IMG/VR virus record: IMGVR_UViG_2693429605_000015
Span: 1 to 15,800 of that record
Source: a virus
Taxonomy: Duplodnaviria; Heunggongvirae; Uroviricota; Caudoviricetes
Reading direction: 5' to 3' (one strand)
DNA length: 15,800 nt
The notes under the pieces are model-generated. The model saw nothing but the letters and a program-made list of their open reading frames with translations. It ran no database searches and was not told the DNA's origin. Of this stretch, positions 14,553-15,800 are shown piece by piece (position 1 is the stretch's first letter; the number at the start of each line of letters is the position of its first letter). A program made the translations under genes and the position numbers.

Positions 14553-15800
14553 CTATATTGCTGAAGGTACAGGCGTTTCCATAACTATTTGCTCGCGTTT
14601 TTTACTCAAGAAGAAAATGCCAAATAGCAACATCAGGCAGACAATACCCGAAATTGCGAAGAAAACTGTCTGGTAGCCTGCGTGGTCAAAGAGTATCCCA
14701 GTCGGCGTTGAAAGCAGCACAATCCCAAGCGAACTGGCAATTTGAAAACCAATCAGAAAGATCGTCGACGACAGGCGCTTATCAAAGTTTGCCACGCTGT
14801 ATTTGAAGACGGATATGACACAAAGTGGAACCTCAATGGCATGTAACAACTTCACTAATGAAATAATCCAGGGGTTAACGAACAGCGCGCAGGAAAGGAT
14901 ACGCAACGCCATAATCACAACTCCGATAAGTAATGCATTTTTTGGCCCTACCCGATTCACAAAGAAAGGAATAATCGCCATGCACAGCGCTTCGAGTACC
15001 ACCTGGAATGAGTTGAGATAACCATACAGGCGCGTTCCTACATCGTGTGATTCGAATAAACCTGCATAAAAGACAGGAAAAAGTTGTTGATCAAAAATGT
15101 TATAGAAAGACCACGTCCCCACAATAAATATGACGAAAACCCAGAAGTTTCGATCCTTGAAAACTGCGATAAAATCCTCTTTTTTTACCCCTCCCGCATC
15201 TGCCGCTACGCACTGGTGATCCTTATCTTTAAAACGCATGTTGATCATCATAAATACAGCGCCAAATAGCGAGACCAACCAGAAGTTGATATGGGGACTG
15301 ATACTAAAAAATATGCCGGCAAAGAACGCGCCAATAGCATAGCCAAAAGATCCCCAGGCGCGCGCTGTTCCATATTCGAAATGAAAATTTCGCGCCATTT
15401 TTTCGGTGAAGCTATCAAGCAAACCGCATCCCGCCAGATACCCCAAGCCAAAAAATAGCGCCCCCAGAATTAGACCTACAGAAAAATTGCTTTGCAGTAA
15501 CGGTTCATAAACGTAAATCATAAACGGTCCGGTCAAGACCAGGATGAAACTCATACACCAGATGAGCGGTTTCTTCAGACCGAGTTTATCCTGAACGATG
15601 CCGTAGAACATCATAAATAGAATGCTGGTAAACTGGTTGACCGAATAAAGTGTACCTAATTCCGTCCCTGTCAACCCTAGATGTCCTTTCAGCCAAATAG
15701 CGTATAACGACCACCACAGCGACCAGGAAATAAAAAAGAGAAATGAGTAACTGGATGCAAAACGATAGTACGCATTTCTGAATGGAATATTCAGTGCCAT
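14553..15800 (-). CDS. cscB: LacY-family oligosaccharide:H+ symporter, most likely sucrose permease CscB (host gene)
   Basis: 415-aa, 12-TM MFS protein colinear with LacY; N-terminus MALNIPFRNAYYRFASSYSFLFFISW matches CscB as recalled. Start codon is the last 3 nt of the window (15798-15800). Confidence 0.85.
   Translation of the reverse strand: MALNIPFRNAYYRFASSYSFLFFISWSLWWSLYAIWLKGHLGLTGTELGTLYSVNQFTSILFMMFYGIVQDKLGLKKPLIWCMSFILVLTGPFMIYVYEPLLQSNFSVGLILGALFFGLGYLAGCGLLDSFTEKMARNFHFEYGTARAWGSFGYAIGAFFAGIFFSISPHINFWLVSLFGAVFMMINMRFKDKDHQCVAADAGGVKKEDFIAVFKDRNFWVFVIFIVGTWSFYNIFDQQLFPVFYAGLFESHDVGTRLYGYLNSFQVVLEALCMAIIPFFVNRVGPKNALLIGVVIMALRILSCALFVNPWIISLVKLLHAIEVPLCVISVFKYSVANFDKRLSSTIFLIGFQIASSLGIVLLSTPTGILFDHAGYQTVFFAISGIVCLMLLFGIFFLSKKREQIVMETPVPSAI

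Noticed and set aside
14803-15451. Short ORFs inside the permease gene (14803-15021 +, 15084-15269 +, 15248-15451 -)
   Set aside because: Embedded in or antisense to the 415-aa 12-TM permease ORF.

Overview
This window is the early/immunity half of a lambdoid (lambda/P22-like) prophage, ending at an attachment-site remnant derived from the 3' end of a tRNA-Arg gene, followed by a host LacY-family sugar permease (cscB-like). All calls are from reading the sequence and recalled family motifs; no database search was run. The rightward early operon lies on the minus strand: PR/OR, cro, nutR, tR1-like hairpin, cII, a 48-aa ORF, an O-like initiator with embedded ori iterons, a DnaB-like helicase, a tR2-like terminator, nin-region genes (NinB, start of a Dam-like methyltransferase). 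The leftward operon lies on the plus strand: cI plus a co-transcribed small membrane protein, OL/PL, nutL, a long untranslated leader, N, a tL1-like terminator, cIII, a TnpB-family (IS200/IS605 OrfB) RuvC/zinc-finger protein, Erf, an SSB-like protein, an Abc2-like protein, a run of small translationally coupled ORFs, and the TorI-type excisionase beside the att core. The most unusual elements are the tnpB-like gene sitting inside the operon with no tnpA and no room for a transposon left end, the 266-nt non-coding stretch after it, and the membrane protein in the rex position.
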